From: an uncultured Bdellovibrionales bacterium
GTDB taxonomy: Bacteria > Bdellovibrionota > Bdellovibrionia > Bdellovibrionales > JAGQZY01
Assembly (NCBI GenBank): GCA_965368905.1
Contig: CBDUOS010000001.1
Coordinates: 1-63,649, forward strand
Length of the DNA: 63,649 nt
Direction of reading: 5' to 3'
The notes below the pieces were generated by a model that worked only from the letters and a program-made list of their open reading frames with translations, searched no databases and had not been told where the DNA came from. Shown in pieces: positions 58,918 to 63,649 of this stretch. Position 1 is the stretch's first letter; every line of letters starts with the position of its first letter. The translations under genes were made by a program, and so were the position numbers.

Positions 58918-61900
58918 TTACTTCTTAATGTACTCATAGATATGCGGCAGGTACCAACCATTCAACGAAAGTGCGGTCGAGCTAATCAGCCCTACGCCGT
59001 TTAATGATTCCTCGCATCCCCATTGGGTTGGAGTTAATCCTTCTCTGCTTTGGTATGCTTCAAATGCGTCATTCAAAGATTTTTCAAAATTCGTCTGCGC
59101 ATCCGGATCGACCGCAATAGATGGATCAATCTGAAAGCCCGTGAACTCTTCATTTGTATTAAAGAAAGTCGCTAAGCCGGCCTGACCCGTAATACATTTA
59201 TCCAGTTCTTGTGTCGTTAATTCAGCAATTGCATTCTTGACTGTAAAACCTTGGAGAGGGTCATCGTAAGAGGTCTTATCGTAAGTCACCTCAAGAGCCC
59301 AAACATAAGCCGCTTCTTGGCTTAAAAATCTCATCTTAGTTAAAGGTAGAATGATTTGTGAGTCATTTCCTCGAACGATCACCTTCTTATCAGGAAGCGC
59401 ATAAGCCTCTGGTAAATCAATAATCTTTCTTTGAGCAAAGTTAAACAACCGTGGACGAAATCCAAATCTTTTGTTTGAAGGTTCACCTGGAATATCAATA
59501 GACTCCAATAGAACGGGGGCAACTTGAACACGAAATTTAGTTTGCGCTTTCAAGTCTTCAATAAAGTTAGTATTGAATCCTCGCGCTTGATTGTCGTTAC
59601 TCCAAAAGTAGGTTCTAAATAAAAAGTAACGCATGTATAGATTAGCTAAGCTCATCGTTGCAGAATCTTGCAATTGAGTTCCACCAAACCCCATATTGTT
59701 CTTCACTGCAGTACCAACAATATCAGTGAACTCTTCTGGATACATAGAAAAGTATCCATACTTTCCTTCGTTGGAGTCGTTATATATTGGTTTTCCAACC
59801 CTCCACCACCAAAATCTGAGGGTTGAAGAAGTGGCCGTCAAAACATCAAGAGCGGCAATCTTCACAGGTAAAAGACCCAATTGATCGTAGGTACCAAAAA
59901 CACGCGAATAGTCAGAAGTCGCCTCACCACCACGCAGACCCGTTGGAACAATTGCAGCATCATAGTTCATGACCGGATGATCGGGGCCTTTCAGGCTTAA
60001 CAATAGTTTAGATATATCTAGTGACTTTTTCGAAGCTCTACAAAGTTTTTGAACCTCAGTGTAAGCCAATCCATTTTCATTTAGCTGCGCTTCCAACGCA
60101 ACAAAACCTTCGTCATCCAACTCGCGAGTGTTTACCTCGCCAAGTATCGATTTATACTTTGCGTACATTGCTCGGTATGAGGAGTTAGTTTGCTGAGCTT
60201 GCAATGATTCTAACGTGTTCACTCCAGATTCAGCATACATAGGTTGTATCGCTAATTTAGTGAACTCTATACCCAAACGATTGTTCGGCGCCATAGAGGG
60301 ATCAATACAGGCTTTAGAAAAACTTAATAAAGCATCTTCATCTTTTTTAATCTTATCGAAAACACTTCGATATAGATCATTATTAGACAACTGATATCTC
60401 ATGTTGTCGTAGAACGTACGGTTGTAGTTCATCAAATTGTAAGTGCTCCACCAAAGACGGTATCTAGCCCAAAAGGGATTTCCACCAGTCGCTTCAGTAA
60501 ACGAATTCAAGCGAGAAATAAAGGAATCCGTGTACTCTTTTAAGTTTTCTTCAACCATCGTTGGGGCATCATGACCACGATCCCATCGACGACAATATGG
60601 ACTCGTTGCCAACCATGCATCAAAATCTGAACACTGTGGCATGTAACGAGTTTGGTATTCTCCAGTTTGGTTTGGAATAACACCATTCTCAGGCACGCTG
60701 TGGAAAGTCCAATCTTCGTCACCCGATTTGTATGAAGAATATTGCTGCTTATAAAGGTAAGTCAGCGTCAACTCATCCTGAGTTCCCATTTTTACTTTTT
60801 CAATAGGTAGTGAAACTTCGGTGTGACCACTCATGTAGTCCATGATGGAAGAGTAGTTAAAACGATCTTCAACCTCAGCTGCTAGTTCATTATAAACTTT
60901 AGGTGGAACCATACCCTTTTCAGGCATTCGGTTTCCTTCGAATTGGTGTCCCAACCCAACAACGTGACCAAATTCATGAAGTGTCACGTTCTTAATCATT
61001 GATTTCGAAGCTTTCAACTTCTCCATTCCGGTCATGCCGGAAACGGCGTTGCTAACAGCATCGAAGTGATTTTCAATACGGTTATCGGCATCGTAAGCTA
61101 AACTTTGATCGCTCAAGAACTCCATTACCAACTCTTCGGCTTTTTCCATTGTCATGGTTGTGCCTTGAACGATATTACGAGACTCTTTCTCTTCATCAGA
61201 ATAACTTACGTCTTGAGTCAATCCAGCAAAACGTGACAAGTCCGAAATAAAGTCTGACTCATCTGCCTGTGCATAAGAAGTGTCAAACACCAAGTCATCA
61301 TCAGACAAGCTTAGCGGCTCTAAGTCATATCCCTCAACATTAAGATTTTCAATGGTGTCGATATCCTGAAGTTGAGAGATTAGCGTCCTAAAAAGTTCAT
61401 CTTTCGAAGATTGATCCATCTCATTAAATTCTTCTTGCGAAATATTTCCAGCGATGGATTCTGCGATCTGTTGGAGCTGTCTTTCTTTAGCAGCAACACT
61501 TGCATCTTTTGAATTGGCGCTTTCTACTATATCCTTCAGGTTGGTAAAGCCTACTGACCAATCAGTGAGTCGCAACTGTGAGGAGAGATCCTCAAAGTAT
61601 GGATTGTGTTTTGCCAATTCCACTTCTTGTAACATGGAATGTGTCTCGCGAGCTAAAGCATCCGCAGTGGATTCACTATCACGATTAACAATATAATCGA
61701 TCAGTCCACCCCAAATTACGGCTCCTCCCCAAAGAATTTCACCGGTTTTGATGTTGGTGTTTACTAATCCAATACCAAGAGGCGCACGAAACGAAAGAAT
61801 CGGATCATCAACCCAAGTGATCGCAGGACAACGTAAGTCAAAATCATACTTGTATTTTTTATCTGAAATGACAAATGCCTTCTGACCTGCTGGAACAGCG

Positions 61901-62877
61901 CCAATTTTGGTCATTGCTTTGTTCATTTCATCGATAACTTCTACTGCAACACCATTATAGTCTCGATTGTCATCGGGAAAACTGTTCAAACAAAATTCAA
62001 CTGGCTTAGAAAGGTCCCAGTGCGCAGCCCAATTTACTTCTTGAGCTCGATTACCCGTTGGTTGGTATCCAAGGATATGAAGAATGTTCATGTGTTTTGC
62101 GTTTCTTGTATTGTAGGGAGTGGGTATAAAATTGGGGTTGTCTTTAATTTCTAGGAAATTAAATCTATATGTATGAGAGAATAAATTTCCATAACGGCCG
62201 TGGGTCATCACACCACTGAAACCAATAAATGTTTTTCCATCTTCAACAGATGTTTCCACATCAAAGGTATCTAAAATTTTTCCACCCCAGTATCCGTAGG
62301 GCCTTCTAAAAATGTCATGGAATTCAATATTGCTTAGATCAAGGTCAATCCATGGACGAACCTTCCATGTTCCACGATCTGTTACTTTTTTGTACTTGTT
62401 CAATTCTCTTCCACGAGAATCCACATCTTTTTCATAATAATAGTGCTGAGTGATATTGATTGAGAACAGAGGCTCCCAGCTTTCAAAGTCATTAGGATAA
62501 TTCAGGTCGACCATCTTACCGATCAGGCTTTTCCCATCTTTTGAGATTCGCATCTCCACATTACAGTGGCGTGATCGATAGGGTGTATTGGATAGTCCAA
62601 ATGCGCCTCGCCATTGTCCACTTTGGGTGACGGGTGCCCAGCCGCAAAGATAGGTTTTCGGTGTGTAAGTGACTTCCAAGCTTTCTTGGCCAATTTGATA
62701 GCCGAAGAAGCTTTTTTTGCAGGAAAGAACACCTTCACGAACCGCACAATTCTCTGTGCTCAGCAGTTCTGGATTTGGATTTTCAGCTTCTGGTGTGACA
62801 TAAGTACAAGAAGTCACAAGAAAAACTGAAATTGATAATATCAATGATGATATGGCAACGGCGAAACATCGTTTCAT
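58918..62877 (-). CDS. Giant metzincin-type zinc-metalloprotease lipoprotein (1319 aa)
   Basis: Lipobox LILSISVFLVTSC. The HExxHxxGxxH motif HEFGHVVGLGHQFEGN lies at residues 634-649 (nt 60946-60978), with a downstream YSSIMDYM Met-turn-like segment. This is the pattern of the DUF4953-type 'zinc-dependent metalloprotease' family (HE.GH..GL.HNF...S.MDY), recalled from memory. Confidence 0.75.
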   Translation of the reverse strand: MKRCFAVAISSLILSISVFLVTSCTYVTPEAENPNPELLSTENCAVREGVLSCKKSFFGYQIGQESLEVTYTPKTYLCGWAPVTQSGQWRGAFGLSNTPYRSRHCNVEMRISKDGKSLIGKMVDLNYPNDFESWEPLFSINITQHYYYEKDVDSRGRELNKYKKVTDRGTWKVRPWIDLDLSNIEFHDIFRRPYGYWGGKILDTFDVETSVEDGKTFIGFSGVMTHGRYGNLFSHTYRFNFLEIKDNPNFIPTPYNTRNAKHMNILHILGYQPTGNRAQEVNWAAHWDLSKPVEFCLNSFPDDNRDYNGVAVEVIDEMNKAMTKIGAVPAGQKAFVISDKKYKYDFDLRCPAITWVDDPILSFRAPLGIGLVNTNIKTGEILWGGAVIWGGLIDYIVNRDSESTADALARETHSMLQEVELAKHNPYFEDLSSQLRLTDWSVGFTNLKDIVESANSKDASVAAKERQLQQIAESIAGNISQEEFNEMDQSSKDELFRTLISQLQDIDTIENLNVEGYDLEPLSLSDDDLVFDTSYAQADESDFISDLSRFAGLTQDVSYSDEEKESRNIVQGTTMTMEKAEELVMEFLSDQSLAYDADNRIENHFDAVSNAVSGMTGMEKLKASKSMIKNVTLHEFGHVVGLGHQFEGNRMPEKGMVPPKVYNELAAEVEDRFNYSSIMDYMSGHTEVSLPIEKVKMGTQDELTLTYLYKQQYSSYKSGDEDWTFHSVPENGVIPNQTGEYQTRYMPQCSDFDAWLATSPYCRRWDRGHDAPTMVEENLKEYTDSFISRLNSFTEATGGNPFWARYRLWWSTYNLMNYNRTFYDNMRYQLSNNDLYRSVFDKIKKDEDALLSFSKACIDPSMAPNNRLGIEFTKLAIQPMYAESGVNTLESLQAQQTNSSYRAMYAKYKSILGEVNTRELDDEGFVALEAQLNENGLAYTEVQKLCRASKKSLDISKLLLSLKGPDHPVMNYDAAIVPTGLRGGEATSDYSRVFGTYDQLGLLPVKIAALDVLTATSSTLRFWWWRVGKPIYNDSNEGKYGYFSMYPEEFTDIVGTAVKNNMGFGGTQLQDSATMSLANLYMRYFLFRTYFWSNDNQARGFNTNFIEDLKAQTKFRVQVAPVLLESIDIPGEPSNKRFGFRPRLFNFAQRKIIDLPEAYALPDKKVIVRGNDSQIILPLTKMRFLSQEAAYVWALEVTYDKTSYDDPLQGFTVKNAIAELTTQELDKCITGQAGLATFFNTNEEFTGFQIDPSIAVDPDAQTNFEKSLNDAFEAYQSREGLTPTQWGCEESLNGVGLISSTALSLNGWYLPHIYEYIKK

Positions 62878-63344
62878 AATAGAGGCCCCTCAAGTTTGTA
62901 CCCCCCCGTTAATCCCAATAATCAGACGATGAAAGTCTCTTTTTAAGGACATTTGGGCAATGTAAATTCTGATGAAAGTAAAGGTTACAGGCCAAAAAGG
63001 GGGTGTTTTGCAAGAAATTCAGCTAGTGATTTCGGGAACTTATGGGACCTATAAGAAAAACTTTGGTTAAAAAAGGGCATTTAAAGCACTTTTACCCTGT
63101 TATTTTTATCCTGTTTTCATCACATTTTTTTCAGAACAAGTGGACCTAAACTGTGACAATCTTTGCGTTTTTTCCGAACAAAGTTTTTTCACTTCTGGAG
63201 TGAAATATTGAGGATTATCACAGTATTTAGTGATTAAAGGGCGTCTCGTGCTGTGAGCACCTCTTTGTTTCGATCTAACTCGCGGCACAATAATTGAACT
63301 CTGATAGGTCAAACCCAAGTTGCCTATATATATGGAGGAGTTTA

Positions 63345-63649
63345 ATGAACAAGTTCAAAATCATCATGGCCGTTCTTGCAGTGGTTGGCTCAACTGCACT
63401 GGTTAACTGTAGTGAATTTCAAGGAAACAACAGCACACCCGGTGATGGTCCAGCCCTCAACTCAGAAGCCCCTGAACCCGGAAACGAACTGGATGAACAA
63501 GCTCAAGCTTACAGACAAAAAATGGAGTATCGCAATGGAATCACTTCAGATTTAAGAAGAATTGGTGATCGTAGCTTTGCCGAGAATCTATGTTCCCAAG
63601 CCGATCAAGATGCTCTCGCAAACCAAGAAGAAGTTATCAATATGGGTTC
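63345..63649 (+). CDS. Lipoprotein, N-terminal fragment (continues beyond the right edge)
   Basis: Not in the ORF track because it is open-ended. The ATG at 63345 is preceded by GGAGGAG. The product starts MNKFKIIMAVLAVVGSTALVNCSEFQGNNSTPGDGPALNSEAPEPGNE..., which has a clear lipobox (LVNC). Confidence 0.65.
   Translation, partial: MNKFKIIMAVLAVVGSTALVNCSEFQGNNSTPGDGPALNSEAPEPGNELDEQAQAYRQKMEYRNGITSDLRRIGDRSFAENLCSQADQDALANQEEVINMG

Noticed and set aside
63106-63318. A 70-aa minus-strand ORF in the long intergenic region upstream of the giant operon.
   Set aside because: It has no SD, its translation is basic and low-complexity (…RVRSKQRGAHSTRRPLITKY…), and it lies in an AT-rich region with T/A tracts. 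I treat it as non-coding, though a small regulatory protein cannot be fully excluded.

Overview
This 63.6-kb window is a chromosomal segment at roughly 40% GC by eye. I found no rRNA, tRNA, CRISPR array, transposase or integrase. The gene content and one signature gene, a 64-aa histone-fold protein resembling the Bdellovibrio histone Bd0055/HBb, point to a Bdellovibrio-like predatory bacterium of the Bacteriovoracaceae type; that assignment is inference.

The left two thirds are mostly housekeeping genes:
- serS (5' fragment), a GYF/TPR membrane protein, and murA-prmC-prfA-rpmE-rho.
- gatCAB, ligA and tatBC.
- hemW-grpE-J-protein, an LpoA-like lipoprotein, and lon.
- A membrane-arm-only nuoA-H-J-K-L-M-N operon, mfd, and a secreted GH3 enzyme.

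Accessory content is interspersed:
- An islet of lipid-hydrolase genes: a lipase with atypical GC, a patatin and a ceramidase-like protein.
- A TonB-dependent receptor controlled by a TPP riboswitch.
- A membrane-anchored P-loop/wHTH ATPase whose gene overlaps an MscS-type channel gene.

The most striking locus is a tightly coupled 12.2-kb four-gene operon on the minus strand (62877 to 50656). It encodes a 1319-aa metzincin lipoprotein, two paralogous lipoproteins of about 1200 aa with no recognisable domains, and a 306-aa outer-membrane beta-barrel placed between the paralogs. I consider this the best candidate for an undescribed envelope or surface system. All calls come from reading the translations and the DNA; no database searches were run.
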